DNA of 64,000 bases from a bacterium (GTDB taxonomy: Bacteria; Patescibacteriota; Minisyncoccia; Phycocordibacterales; UBA6899), in assembly GCA_043756865.1 (NCBI GenBank), contig JAYUQG010000005.1, positions 40,614-104,613 of the forward strand, read 5' to 3'. The translations under genes and the position numbers were made by a program. Of the stretch, positions 18,567-28,585 are shown piece by piece. Below the pieces are notes generated by a model. That model worked only from the letters and a program-made list of their open reading frames with translations. It was not told where the DNA came from and ran no database searches. Each line of letters starts with the position of its first letter. Position 1 is the first letter of the stretch.

Positions 18567-19958
18567 TTATTTCACGCTCTTGATGTACTCAGCCAGTTTC
18601 GCCACTTTAATGGTTTCCTGCGAACGAGTCACCATATCACGAACGATGACCGTTCCTTCGAGTGCTTCTTTTTGTCCAAAAATAATCGCGTAGGGAATCT
18701 GGAGCTTCTCAGCGATGCCAAGCTGTGTCGAAAGGGAATCCTTGTTGAGCGAATGCGTGACGGGGATGCGCGCATTCCTGAGTACTTCAATAATTTCAAG
18801 CGACTTGAGCTTTGCTTCAAAGCCAAGTTGAATGAAATAAATCTTCGGCTTCTTCACAACACGAGGAGCAGCACCTTTGTAGTTTGGAGAAAGGAGTACG
18901 CGGTCAACGCCAATTGATGCGCCAACTGCAGGTACGTCTTTTTTGCTCCCAAGTCGCTTTGCGAGATAGTCATAGCGTCCACCACCCGCGATAGAGAGCG
19001 GAGCATTTGCGGCCTCCTCCTTCTCTGTCTTTTTCCTTTTGTCCTCCTTCTCTGTTTCAGTGGGTTCGAGTTGTGTTGCGTTCTCTGCGTGCACTTCTGC
19101 GGGCTTGTCGCTTGGGATTTCGGTTATCTCAAAAACCGTATGCGTGTAGTAGTCGAGACCGCGAACAAGGTTGGTGTTGATGCGATAGGTAAGCTTCAGT
19201 GCATCGAGATACTCCAATACTTCCTTAAAGTGCTGTTTGGCAGTGGGAGAAAGGTGCGCGATAGTCTGGGGAGCCTTTTCTTTGTATGGCTGGCACTCCG
19301 ATTTTTTGCAGTCGAGGAGGCGAAGTGGGTTGGTCTTGATGCGCTGCTTGCAGTCTGCACAAAGGTGATTGATGTGCTTGCGATAGTATGTCGTTAACTC
19401 ACGCATGTATGGTACGCGCGAGTCTTTGTCGCCGATTGAGTTGACGTCAATCATGATGTTGGTGAGCCCAACCTCTTTCAGAATCATCGCTGTCAAATAG
19501 ATAATCATTGCGTCGCCGATGGATTTCGACGTACCAATCATCTCCATACCGAATTGCTTAAATTCGCGATAACGTCCGCGTTGTGGGTTGTCATGGCGGA
19601 AGAACGAGCCGTAGTAGTAGAGCTTCACGGGCTGCGGCATGGTCTGCATGCCGTGCTCAAGGTACGCACGCATGGCAGGTGCTGTGCCCTCAGGGCGGAG
19701 CGCAAGCTTGTCGCCACTTTTCGTTTTGAGTGCATACATTTCCTTGCCGACAAGGTCAGTGTCTTCGCCGTTGGTTGCGAGAAACACTTCTTCACGCTCA
19801 AGAATGGGAAGGTCAATCGGTTGGAAACCATAATAGAGTGCAACCTCAGCAGCCTTTTCAAAAAAGCCTTGATACTTGTGACTTTCGTCGCCTATAAAGT
19901 CACGCATGCCTTTCAGTGCGGTGGGGGCCTCTTTGCGCTCTGGTTCTTTTTTTGTCAT
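18567..19958 (-). CDS. hisS: Histidine--tRNA ligase
   Basis: KGMRDF, LRPEGTA, FRHDNPQRGRYREF, LVRGLDYY and GGGRYD motifs. Confidence 0.98.
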   Translation of the reverse strand: MTKKEPERKEAPTALKGMRDFIGDESHKYQGFFEKAAEVALYYGFQPIDLPILEREEVFLATNGEDTDLVGKEMYALKTKSGDKLALRPEGTAPAMRAYLEHGMQTMPQPVKLYYYGSFFRHDNPQRGRYREFKQFGMEMIGTSKSIGDAMIIYLTAMILKEVGLTNIMIDVNSIGDKDSRVPYMRELTTYYRKHINHLCADCKQRIKTNPLRLLDCKKSECQPYKEKAPQTIAHLSPTAKQHFKEVLEYLDALKLTYRINTNLVRGLDYYTHTVFEITEIPSDKPAEVHAENATQLEPTETEKEDKRKKTEKEEAANAPLSIAGGGRYDYLAKRLGSKKDVPAVGASIGVDRVLLSPNYKGAAPRVVKKPKIYFIQLGFEAKLKSLEIIEVLRNARIPVTHSLNKDSLSTQLGIAEKLQIPYAIIFGQKEALEGTVIVRDMVTRSQETIKVAKLAEYIKSVK

Positions 19959-19986
19959 ACAGGAATCAAATTATTAATAGCTAATA

Positions 19987-20655
19987 TTATTCAAAACGGA
20001 CACCATAATGCTCTATTCCTCCGGGGCGAAACGATATCGCAGTAACTGGAAAGAGTCGAAGGAGTGCTTTGCCGTCCATGAGTCGTGCGGGTACGGGTCC
20101 CCAGACACGTGAGTCAGAGCTTTGCGCGCGATTGTCGCCCATCACGAAATATTCCTCACCCGAAAGTGCCCGAGAAGAGTTGTCGTATTTCATGTTCTTC
20201 ACATACTTCTCATCCAGAACAAACGGTGCTTTGTGCGTGGGACCGGAGATGGTGACCACACCGTTTGCAACGCTCACTGTTTCGCTGGGAAGTCCGATGA
20301 TGCGTTTGATGAAGTACTTGGAAGGGTCATTGGGATAGCGAATGATCACCACATCACCGCGATTATATTCACCGATGTATTTTGATATTTCATCTACGAT
20401 AAGATATTCGCCATTGTGAAATGTGGGGTACATCGAATTCCCTGACACAACAAAAGGTTGCGCCACAAAGGTGCGTATAGGGATGATGATAAGCGCCGCA
20501 ATCAGGGCGTAGCGCACAGTTTCCCAAATCAGCTGGAGAGTGGAAGGTGAATCCGGACTCTCTTTTTTGCCCGTTTCGGTTCTCGGAGTAGTATTGGCTG
20601 CTTCAAGCGTGATTACATTTTTGTTTTCGGGAGTGGCACGTCTGAAGAAGCTCAT
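19987..20655 (-). CDS. lepB: Signal peptidase I
   Basis: SGNSMYPT, FIKRIIGLP and GDNRAQSSDSR. Confidence 0.96.
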   Translation of the reverse strand: MSFFRRATPENKNVITLEAANTTPRTETGKKESPDSPSTLQLIWETVRYALIAALIIIPIRTFVAQPFVVSGNSMYPTFHNGEYLIVDEISKYIGEYNRGDVVIIRYPNDPSKYFIKRIIGLPSETVSVANGVVTISGPTHKAPFVLDEKYVKNMKYDNSSRALSGEEYFVMGDNRAQSSDSRVWGPVPARLMDGKALLRLFPVTAISFRPGGIEHYGVRFE

Positions 20656-20713
20656 TTGCGTTTCATCATACGGGAAAACGACTATTGACACAAGAGGTTT
20701 TTGTGTTGTCTCA

Positions 20714-22090
20714 TTAAAATCCGTACGTCAGCGGAGAAAGCAAAACATAATTAAGTACAATGAGAAAGAAAAACATTATGACGAGTACGCTTCCGATGTA
20801 GCGGTCGTGCGCAAGTGCATTCACGCAACGTATAATCCGTGGCACAACGAACGGTGTGAGCAAAAAAAGAAACAAGAGCGGAGTAAGATAATGATACAAA
20901 TACATCGGCCGCCCAATAAAGAAGAACGGAACATAACTCATGAAGTAGCCAAGCAATAGCAATGTTTCAGTTTTTTGAATAGGCCACTTCCTTGTTTTAC
21001 TATATTGAGCGAGACACCAACCCAACTCAAAGAGAAGCAGAAAGCACATACCAAACCATAAAAGTGTGTTGCCTGTGAGGGTGATGCGTTTTGTGCCGTC
21101 CTCATTCTGCCAAAATTTGTGCACTGCACGTGCGACTGACCATGCAAGTGGATGTGGTGCTTCAATCATTTGTGATGAAATATGATCATCACTATTTGAG
21201 CGCATCATAATGCGATGATGCTTAGGGAGTGCGGCGACGATATCCCACGTATGATCTCCGCGCACGTAGGTGACATTGTCTATCCACGGTGTACGGTACG
21301 CGGCAAGCATGGGGTCGATTTTCCCACCGGCACTGAACTGAGTAAAATAAGCACTAAATATAATCACGTAACATACAAATGCCACTACAAGTGCCGCACA
21401 TGCTACTCTCCATGCCTTATTTGCGATGAGCCAAATACTCACTATTGCAAGTATCGCCAGTGCGGTCCATTTTATCGCCAGTGCTGCACCGAGCACTATT
21501 CCGAGTAGTATTGCAAGCAGTTGTCGGCTACGCACCTGTTTCTGCATGAGGATAGCCTGCGTGAGGGAAAGTGCGATGACGCTCGTAATCAGGAGTAATG
21601 TGTCGGGGAGTATGGTTCGAGAGTAGATAATAAATGCGTTATCAAACACGACAAAAAGCGCAGGAAAGAGTGCTATTTCGGGTCGGAAATGCAGTTGACG
21701 AGAAAGTACATACACACACGCCGGAAGCAGTATGCCAAATATGACTATAAATACCCGCAGTGCCAAGTATGGGAAATCCCCGTAGTCCTGATTGGTTTCC
21801 ATCGCCACACCTGTTGTCGTAAACTCGCTCTGTTTTACAATGTTCGCAAATAACATGCGCGCCAACGGAGGATGAATATCAAAGTAGGGAATTTCACGTG
21901 CGCCGTGAATCGCATAATTTGTATATATCGCCTCATCAAACACTGTCTTGTTGGGGTACTCGAGAAAAGGTAGTCGTAGTAGTGCAGACAAGAGAAGTAT
22001 CAGCACAAGTGCATTTGTGTCATTGCCTACATATTGGCGAAAGAATTCCCAGCTCTTTTTTGCCCATCCTCGCGCAGAAACAACCCTCAT
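20714..22090 (-). CDS. Protein O-mannosyltransferase-like GT-C enzyme (PMT/GT39 family)
   Basis: VFDEAIY, FDIHPPLAR, KW and RPMYLYHYL motifs in a multi-TM protein. Confidence 0.87.
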   Translation of the reverse strand: MRVVSARGWAKKSWEFFRQYVGNDTNALVLILLLSALLRLPFLEYPNKTVFDEAIYTNYAIHGAREIPYFDIHPPLARMLFANIVKQSEFTTTGVAMETNQDYGDFPYLALRVFIVIFGILLPACVYVLSRQLHFRPEIALFPALFVVFDNAFIIYSRTILPDTLLLITSVIALSLTQAILMQKQVRSRQLLAILLGIVLGAALAIKWTALAILAIVSIWLIANKAWRVACAALVVAFVCYVIIFSAYFTQFSAGGKIDPMLAAYRTPWIDNVTYVRGDHTWDIVAALPKHHRIMMRSNSDDHISSQMIEAPHPLAWSVARAVHKFWQNEDGTKRITLTGNTLLWFGMCFLLLFELGWCLAQYSKTRKWPIQKTETLLLLGYFMSYVPFFFIGRPMYLYHYLTPLLFLFLLTPFVVPRIIRCVNALAHDRYIGSVLVIMFFFLIVLNYVLLSPLTYGF

Positions 22091-22512
22091 AGTTTTTTGT
22101 CGTTGTTAAATAAGGAAAGTTTAAACACAAAAAAGTTAACAAAGGAAAGCAAAAGAATAGTTGACGCAATAATGATGAGGTAATGCTGTGTGCCGAAGTA
22201 TGCCGTCAGCTTGCTGACAATAGAGACCTGCGCAACCACATGTAGCAGACTATAGGCGACAAAGTAGATAAATCTACGCGTATGTTGTTTTTTGGTATTG
22301 AACGTCAGCCATGTGTGGAGTGCAAAGTTAAAACAAAAATTCACCACAGTACCTATGGCATAGCCAATCATGTAGCGCTCTACGCCGAACACGTATGTCG
22401 TGAGCAGCCATGCCAAGGATATATTCAGTGCAACACCAGTTACTCCCGTAACAAAAAATTTTGCATAGGGAAGTATAAATGCGTGCAGTTTATGCTTTCT
22501 TCCCTTAGTCAT
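22087..22512 (-). CDS. GtrA-family lipid-linked sugar flippase
   Basis: Four TMs, KFFVTG and NFALHTWLTF motifs. Confidence 0.85.
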   Translation of the reverse strand: MTKGRKHKLHAFILPYAKFFVTGVTGVALNISLAWLLTTYVFGVERYMIGYAIGTVVNFCFNFALHTWLTFNTKKQHTRRFIYFVAYSLLHVVAQVSIVSKLTAYFGTQHYLIIIASTILLLSFVNFFVFKLSLFNNDKKL

Positions 22513-23464
22513 GAGTGGTCGGAAGATTATTCGTGTGTCGTGCGATGATATTTACGTAGTCGTCGATTTTTTGCAGTCGCTTGAGGAGTTCGTGGTGTGT
22601 AGCAAGTGGCACCAGCTGATGTGCGCCCTCATCAATCTCCCACAACTCATACCCGAGACCCCACAGGTATTCAAGTAGCACAGCTCCGTCCTTGCCTGCT
22701 TCGCGTATCCGCATGGGAGCAAATTCAAACATAATCGTCGGGTGTGCACGCGCTAGGAGTGACTGCATGCCGATGAATGCATGCCCTTCCCACCCTTCAA
22801 TATCCATTTTAATTAGCCCTACGTCGGTGATACCTAGTGCCTCAAGTGTTGCATCAACGGTGGTAAGGGTGATATCGACGTGCACACCGCCATCTGCGGG
22901 AAGTAGCGAGTGCTTTCCTTTGTTGTCAGGGTCAATCGTGAGTGTGCCCGCCCCCTCGCTGTCGCTGACTCCTTTGTCGATAACGATAATATTTGTGCGA
23001 TTATTCACCGATTGCGTGCGCCCAAGTAGTGCGCGATTTTCATCTTCTGGTTCAAATGCAACAACGCGCGAGGCTGTTTTGCTCGCTATGAGGGAGTAGT
23101 ACCCAAGGTTGGCGCCAATATCAAGCACGGTCATCCCTTGGCGGAGTTCTGCGCGAAATACTTCGGCAAAGTATGCCTCATACGCACCAAGCAAGAGTGC
23201 CCCTGAAACCACGGGGTCATTTTGATTCAGATACAGTATTCCTTCCGGAATAGTGATGGTGGGCGGAATGATTTTGCGTAGGAGTGCGTTTGCAATTTGC
23301 CGTAGTGGCCAGGGACGAAGAATTTTCGTGTAGATAAATTGGGGAGCATTCGCAGGGAGGAGGTGGATACATGCACGGAGGAGTTTCGTAAGACTCCCCA
23401 CATGCGCACCTGGCGTGGTATCATTTGTGCTATCCTCGTTACGCTTCGCTTCGGTGTCCGACAT
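22505..23464 (-). CDS. FkbM-family methyltransferase
   Basis: LDIGANLGYYS, VVAFEP and IKMDIEGWE. Start set at MSDTEA. Confidence 0.92.
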   Translation of the reverse strand: MSDTEAKRNEDSTNDTTPGAHVGSLTKLLRACIHLLPANAPQFIYTKILRPWPLRQIANALLRKIIPPTITIPEGILYLNQNDPVVSGALLLGAYEAYFAEVFRAELRQGMTVLDIGANLGYYSLIASKTASRVVAFEPEDENRALLGRTQSVNNRTNIIVIDKGVSDSEGAGTLTIDPDNKGKHSLLPADGGVHVDITLTTVDATLEALGITDVGLIKMDIEGWEGHAFIGMQSLLARAHPTIMFEFAPMRIREAGKDGAVLLEYLWGLGYELWEIDEGAHQLVPLATHHELLKRLQKIDDYVNIIARHTNNLPTTHD

Positions 23465-23515
23465 GCGCTCTATGATAGCAAAAAGCAACGACTCGGTCAC
23501 ACTATATTTTTTACC

Positions 23516-24253
23516 ATGAAACTTTGTATCGTCATTCCCGCATACAACGAAGCACCGGTGATTGCCGCAACTTTGCACGCCCTTTCGGTTGCACTTGAAA
23601 AAGAGTTTGCAGATACGTGGGAAATTATCGTTGCAGACAATGCTTCAATAGACGGCACGGGCGATGTCGTCCGCAAACTCACACACCCACGTATTCGCGT
23701 AGAGCGCATTGAAAAGAAGGGGAAGGGAAATGCACTACGCGCGGTATTCGCAAAGTCTGACGCAACGCTTTTTGGCTTTACCGATGCGGACTTGTCTGTG
23801 CCACCCGAAGAAGTAGCAGCGTTTGCAAAAGTGTTTATGGCACAAGGCAAAGGGGTGCTTATCGGTTCCCGTTTTCACAAGCAAAGCAAGATGCCCGGTC
23901 GTGAATGGTGGAGGGTCGGCTCGTCTCGAATATTCAACATTCTCGCACGCACCATACTGGGTGTGACGGTGAGCGACACGCAGTGTCCGCTTAAGCTTAT
24001 GGGGCCCGATGGCCTTCGCGTTATGCTTGCGACAAAAGAAGACACGTGGTTTTTTGATCTTGAATGGATAGCCCTACTCGACAGGCTTCATATCCCCATT
24101 ACCGAAGTCCCCGTGACGTGGGACGAGCACCGCTATCCTGACCGAAAATCAAAACTCTCTACCGTAAAAGACGGAGCACGTGCAGTGTTGGCTATGTTTC
24201 GTATTCGCTCGCGACTTCCCGCACAATTGGCAACACTTGCGAATATACAGTAG
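23516..24253 (+). CDS. GT2 polyprenol-phosphate glycosyltransferase (DPM1/ALG5-like)
   Basis: IVIPAYNE, DNASIDGT, GKGNA, DADL and DTQC motifs. Confidence 0.92.
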   Translation: MKLCIVIPAYNEAPVIAATLHALSVALEKEFADTWEIIVADNASIDGTGDVVRKLTHPRIRVERIEKKGKGNALRAVFAKSDATLFGFTDADLSVPPEEVAAFAKVFMAQGKGVLIGSRFHKQSKMPGREWWRVGSSRIFNILARTILGVTVSDTQCPLKLMGPDGLRVMLATKEDTWFFDLEWIALLDRLHIPITEVPVTWDEHRYPDRKSKLSTVKDGARAVLAMFRIRSRLPAQLATLANIQ

Positions 24254-24258
24254 AATCC

Positions 24259-24384
24259 ATGAATATTTTAAATTTGAGTGAAATTCGAGACGCGGGGAAA
24301 GTAACGAGGAAGGCATATTCATATATGGTGACCGAGTTACTGGGGTCCCGCAACAAAGAAGTTCGCCAAATTCAGAATATTCAT
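24259..24384 (+). repeat. Structured intergenic repeat, copy A
   Basis: Outer arms ATGAATATT..AAATTTG/CAAATT..AATATTCAT; 32-bp core identical to the copy at 26087-26118. Confidence 0.85.
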
Positions 24385-24386
24385 AT

Positions 24387-24983
24387 ATGAAATGGATAAT
24401 CGTAGGACTCGGAAATCCAGGAGGAGAATACGCAAAGACTCGCCACAATGCAGGTCGCATTGTCATTGAACAACTCCGCAAAAAGTACACTTTTTCAGAA
24501 TGGGAACACAAGAATACCTATGATGCGCTTGTATCAAAGGGAGAGATTGGCGGCGCGGAAGTACTCCTGCTTGAACCGGAGACGTTTATGAATGATTCAG
24601 GAAAGAGCCTCGTGACACTCGTAAAGAGTCCTGAGCAAGCGACACAGCTTATCGTTATCCACGACGATGCAGATTTGCCTATTGGCGCATGGAGGTCCGC
24701 TCGCGACCGCGGGGCGGGGGGTCAAAAAGGGGTTGAGTCTATTATTGCCACAATCAAAACACGCGATTTTTATCGTTTCAGGATCGGGGTTGCTCCGGAT
24801 ATGCACCCCGGCGCATTGCGTAGAAAAGCGGGGGATTTCGTCCTCGAAAAATTCTCTCCTGAGGAACTCGTGACGGTGAAAAGCAGAAGTATCGCGGTTG
24901 GAGAGCGCATCGAATTTTTGCTCACTCAAGGACACAAAGCATTTAAAGACAGCATCAAAAAGGTGAAGCCGAACGACCCATAG
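24387..24983 (+). CDS. pth: Peptidyl-tRNA hydrolase
   Basis: GLGNPG, TRHNAG, PETFMNDSG and HDDADL. Confidence 0.96.
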   Translation: MKWIIVGLGNPGGEYAKTRHNAGRIVIEQLRKKYTFSEWEHKNTYDALVSKGEIGGAEVLLLEPETFMNDSGKSLVTLVKSPEQATQLIVIHDDADLPIGAWRSARDRGAGGQKGVESIIATIKTRDFYRFRIGVAPDMHPGALRRKAGDFVLEKFSPEELVTVKSRSIAVGERIEFLLTQGHKAFKDSIKKVKPNDP

Positions 24984-25028
24984 GGCTCGTACACTGCAGC
25001 TTCACGGCATATTTGCTATAGTAAAACT

Positions 25029-26036
25029 ATGAGAACAGGACGAACGCACAGCCACTTATCAGTATTTCTGGCGCTTGCGGGGAATGCGTTTATTACCGTA
25101 ATCAAGTTCATCGGTTTTGCTGCTTCTGGCTCGGGTGCAATATTTTCTGAGGCTATACACAGCCTCGCGGATACTCTCAATCAGGCGCTCTTACTTTTTG
25201 GGTTGCGCCAGTCAAAAAAAGTTGCAGATGATGAATTCTCGTATGGATATGGACGCGAGCGCTTTTTTTGGGCACTGATATCAGCCTGTGGCATCTTTTT
25301 TCTTGGCGCAGGCATAACCATTTATCACGGTATTGATCTCGTGTTGCACCCTCGTACCCCCGATATCAACACCATACTCTTTGTGATTCTCGCTGTTGCA
25401 TTTGTTGTCGAGTCGGTAACGCTTTATGTCGCATGGAAGGAACTCCGCAATGCACATCCCAATCGCGACATTAAAACCATGCTTGAAGTTGGAGATCCCG
25501 CAACCATAGCAGTATTGTACGAAGACGGTGTTGCAGTTCTTGGCGTCTTTGTCGCATTTGTGAGTATTGTGCTCTCATATCTCACGGGGAATTCAATCTG
25601 GGATGCGCTGGGCTCAATCATCATTGGGGTTTTGCTTGGTATCGTTGCGATTATTCTCATACAAAAAAATCGCAAATACCTCATAGGTATGAATATTCCA
25701 GATGAAATGAAAGAGCGCATTATAGAGCTTTTGGTTGCCGACCCAACCATAGACCGTGTGATTGACTTCAAATCGAGCGTGCTCAATGTCGGTACATATC
25801 ACATCAAGTGCGAAGTGGAATTCAATGGTTCGGCACTCATGTCTGAGATTGCTGAGAATGCTGACTTGCGGGAAGAATATGAGAACATTCGTGATGACTA
25901 TTCAGAATTTTTAAAACATTTGGTCGGATATGTTGGACGTGTTCCCCGCATGATGGGTACGCGTATCGATGAAATTGAGCGCCGCGTGCAGAAGGAGATT
26001 CCCGAAATTCGCCACATTGATATTGAGATAAACTAA
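25029..26036 (+). CDS. Cation diffusion facilitator (CDF) transporter
   Basis: SEAIHSLADTLNQ, YGYGRERFFW and VLYEDG motifs. Confidence 0.92.
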   Translation: MRTGRTHSHLSVFLALAGNAFITVIKFIGFAASGSGAIFSEAIHSLADTLNQALLLFGLRQSKKVADDEFSYGYGRERFFWALISACGIFFLGAGITIYHGIDLVLHPRTPDINTILFVILAVAFVVESVTLYVAWKELRNAHPNRDIKTMLEVGDPATIAVLYEDGVAVLGVFVAFVSIVLSYLTGNSIWDALGSIIIGVLLGIVAIILIQKNRKYLIGMNIPDEMKERIIELLVADPTIDRVIDFKSSVLNVGTYHIKCEVEFNGSALMSEIAENADLREEYENIRDDYSEFLKHLVGYVGRVPRMMGTRIDEIERRVQKEIPEIRHIDIEIN

Positions 26037-26042
26037 TTTATA

Positions 26043-26164
26043 GGATTTGCAAAAACAGACGAAATTCGAGGCATCGGGGAAGGGGGCGAGGAAGGCATAT
26101 TCATATATGGTGACCGAGCCACAGGGGCCCCGCAACGAAGAAGTTCGCCTGTTTTTGTGAATCC
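26043..26164 (+). repeat. Structured intergenic repeat, copy B
   Basis: Outer arms GGATTTGCAAAAACAGACGAA/TTCGCCTGTTTTTGTGAATCC; core shared with copy A. Confidence 0.85.
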
Positions 26165-26177
26165 AAAAAAACCCGCA

Positions 26178-26495
26178 TTAGGGTGCGGGTCTAGCTAGTG
26201 AACGCTCGAGAATTGTGACGTCATAGCAAATCGCACAACTATTACAGAATGCACGATACGCATAATGTGGGGGAATCGACGGGCCACCCATGCGCATATC
26301 GGGATTAGGATAGGTGACTTCTGTTTCTTTGATGATAACCCCTTCACATTCACCGTTTCTGCAATGGGTGACTTTTGCATACGATTTGCCCGCTTGTGGG
26401 TGCGCATCTTTTGCTGGCTGTTGTACTTGTGCGCCATGACCGAGTGCCGTGCGCAATAGTGCGTCTTGTTCAAGGTTTAATTTCTCTTGTCTCAT
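26178..26495 (-). CDS. Hypothetical protein, possible zinc ribbon
   Basis: CRNGEC...CNSC cysteine pairs; AAGGA SD upstream. Confidence 0.6.
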   Translation of the reverse strand: MRQEKLNLEQDALLRTALGHGAQVQQPAKDAHPQAGKSYAKVTHCRNGECEGVIIKETEVTYPNPDMRMGGPSIPPHYAYRAFCNSCAICYDVTILERSLARPAP

Positions 26496-26557
26496 ACTGT
26501 TCCTTCCGAATGTACTTTGGATACTTTATATGGAGTTCTACCAAAATGCAAAGTGCG

Positions 26558-27718
26558 TTACTGTGTTTTTGTATCTGCGAGTTGCTTGTATAAATCGACC
26601 AATATTCCATGTCCTGCATTCCACGGAATCATCTTGCGCGCAACGAGGTCGCCGTAGCTTTCATACGAGGACATCGCACGCTCGTGCGTCATCGCAAACT
26701 CGGTTCCTTGGTAGATAATAGCCGGATAGGGCAGAAAAAACTGGTACTCCGCCAATTCCTTCAGTTTCTCGATATCGCCTCCCGTGGTAAAAAGTATCCG
26801 GTCCATGTCATGGTTATCGAGAAATGTAAGCATTTGCGTTACGCGTGTTGATTCATGGTGCTTCTTCAATCTACTTTCCAAACTGGTTTTTGTAATCAGG
26901 CCTGATGCATATCGTCGTATTTCACCGTTAAAATCGAAGTCGAGTAAAGACGGGAATAATCCGAGATATTGTCGCATGAGATATGGTGTTCCAAACAACC
27001 ACGCGAGGTATTTATGATTGACGCGCAGTGTCTTTAACTGGGAGAATTTTATATTAAACATGCACGCTTCACCGAAAAATTCAGCATCAGGGAATTCAGT
27101 ACGCAATACCCTCAAAAATTCTTTCCAAAAGGCATTACTTGGCCCCGGAATGTGGTCGAGTCGAAGACCGTCAAACCCCAGCTCAAGCCACTTACGTGCC
27201 GCAGCGACGATATGCGCTCGAGCGGGAGGATAATCAAGGTTAATTTTAGGTAGCTCACCGACATCTAAAAAACAAAGATATTTGTTCGGCCATTTCGAAA
27301 AATAGAACCACTCGCGATACTGGCTATTGTGGTCCTGTTGTGCGTCGAGAAAATATGGGTGCTGCGAAGATGCGTGGTTGGGGGCAAAGTCCGCTACTAT
27401 TTTCATTCCAAGGGTGTGTGCAAGCGTAATCAGCTCTTTGAGGTCCTCTTCAGTGCCAAATCGTTCATCTACAGCAAAGAAATCAGTCGTGTGATACCCA
27501 TGAAATGCGACACCTTTATAGAAAGGTGAAATCCACAAGGCATTTACGCCAAGTTGCTCGAGGTGAGCCATGTGCTCGATGATTCCGCGGAGTGTTCCTC
27601 CGCAAAAGACCGGCTTGTCATCGGGGACTTCAGATGGAGTTCTCAGGTCAGTACTTGGGCGTGCAAAACGATCGATAAAGATTTGATACATTACCGTCTT
27701 TGCGTTTAACCAAGGCAT
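26558..27718 (-). CDS. GH13 alpha-amylase family (neopullulanase/cyclomaltodextrinase-like)
   Basis: YQIFIDRF, HGYHTTDF, DFAPNH, DGLRLD and FLDNHD. Confidence 0.93.
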   Translation of the reverse strand: MPWLNAKTVMYQIFIDRFARPSTDLRTPSEVPDDKPVFCGGTLRGIIEHMAHLEQLGVNALWISPFYKGVAFHGYHTTDFFAVDERFGTEEDLKELITLAHTLGMKIVADFAPNHASSQHPYFLDAQQDHNSQYREWFYFSKWPNKYLCFLDVGELPKINLDYPPARAHIVAAARKWLELGFDGLRLDHIPGPSNAFWKEFLRVLRTEFPDAEFFGEACMFNIKFSQLKTLRVNHKYLAWLFGTPYLMRQYLGLFPSLLDFDFNGEIRRYASGLITKTSLESRLKKHHESTRVTQMLTFLDNHDMDRILFTTGGDIEKLKELAEYQFFLPYPAIIYQGTEFAMTHERAMSSYESYGDLVARKMIPWNAGHGILVDLYKQLADTKTQ

Positions 27719-27738
27719 ACACAAATGTTATCAGCAGA

Positions 27739-27763
27739 GCGTACCAAATGAAAGTGTCATGCG
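27739..27763. repeat. 25-bp direct repeat of the rpsA 3' coding end (partner at 28606-28630)
   Basis: GCGTACCAAATGAAAGTGTCATGCG is identical at both sites. Confidence 0.9.
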
Positions 27764-27817
27764 TAATCACCGCTGTGCACGGGGAATAGAAAAGGGACCC
27801 TGTGGGGGTCCCCGTTG

Positions 27818-28381
27818 TCACGTCAAAGCAATGATGGTGTCGTCATCGTGGTTCGTTTCGGCCATGAGCGTCATACGCTGGATCTGTTCCAGCTGTGCCA
27901 GATGAACACTTGCAGAACGTTTTTTTGGCGTTTTGTAAACAGTCAATTCCGAAGTGTCTCTTTCGACGCAGTCGCCATCGACCACAAAACGGAGAAAATG
28001 AGCAACATAACCTACGTCGGTTCCGGCAGACTCAATGCGTCGTATCGCGTCACCAACGTTCTCGCGAAACTCCCCTTGCTGAAGGGACAGGATTCTTTCA
28101 ATAAACTTTCTTTCCCTTGGAAGGCCAGCGTGACCGACTGCGCCAAGAAGGACACCCTGTCGGCTAAAAAGCAAGAACTTCTCGAGATTGATATATCCAA
28201 AAATTCCTTTCTGCACCAACCCAAAAATCAGATCTGCGGTGCTCCATGGGGTAATTCCCTTTTGAGCGATCTCGAGGTCGAGCCTTTCGATGCCGATGTC
28301 TCGCGGCTTTTCAGCTGCAAAGTGTGCACCAAGCCACGGCAATTCTTTGAGAATCAGCGCTGAGTTGAGAGAGTTTGACAT
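27818..28381 (-). CDS. Orphan hypothetical protein
   Basis: 187-aa ORF with AAGGA SD, TTGACA promoter at ~28487-28514 and a terminator-like hairpin at ~27794-27813. Confidence 0.7.
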   Translation of the reverse strand: MSNSLNSALILKELPWLGAHFAAEKPRDIGIERLDLEIAQKGITPWSTADLIFGLVQKGIFGYINLEKFLLFSRQGVLLGAVGHAGLPRERKFIERILSLQQGEFRENVGDAIRRIESAGTDVGYVAHFLRFVVDGDCVERDTSELTVYKTPKKRSASVHLAQLEQIQRMTLMAETNHDDDTIIALT

Positions 28382-28533
28382 TTCGATTCCTTAGTAACAG
28401 TTCGACAAAAAGCATCCCGCTTTCTGCCTCAACCGACCTTGCATCCCGCTCAGTCGGACCTGATTGTGGCGAACACAACCAAATTTATAATACATAATAA
28501 ATACAATTTGTCAAGTACGGTATTCGTTTTGTA

Positions 28534-28565
28534 ACAAATAACCACCCAAGTGGGTGGTTATTTGT
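28534..28565 (-). terminator. rpsA terminator hairpin
   Basis: ACAAATAACCACCCA-AG-TGGGTGGTTATTTGT. Confidence 0.75.
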
Positions 28566-28585
28566 AGCAGAGTACACTTGTACTA

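Noticed and set aside
19000-19120. Charged low-complexity insertion in HisS as a possible intein
   Set aside because: Only ~35 aa and lacking intein terminal motifs; likely a variable loop.
27815-28363. 182-aa plus-strand ORF
   Set aside because: Antisense shadow of 27818-28381, which has the SD, promoter and terminator.
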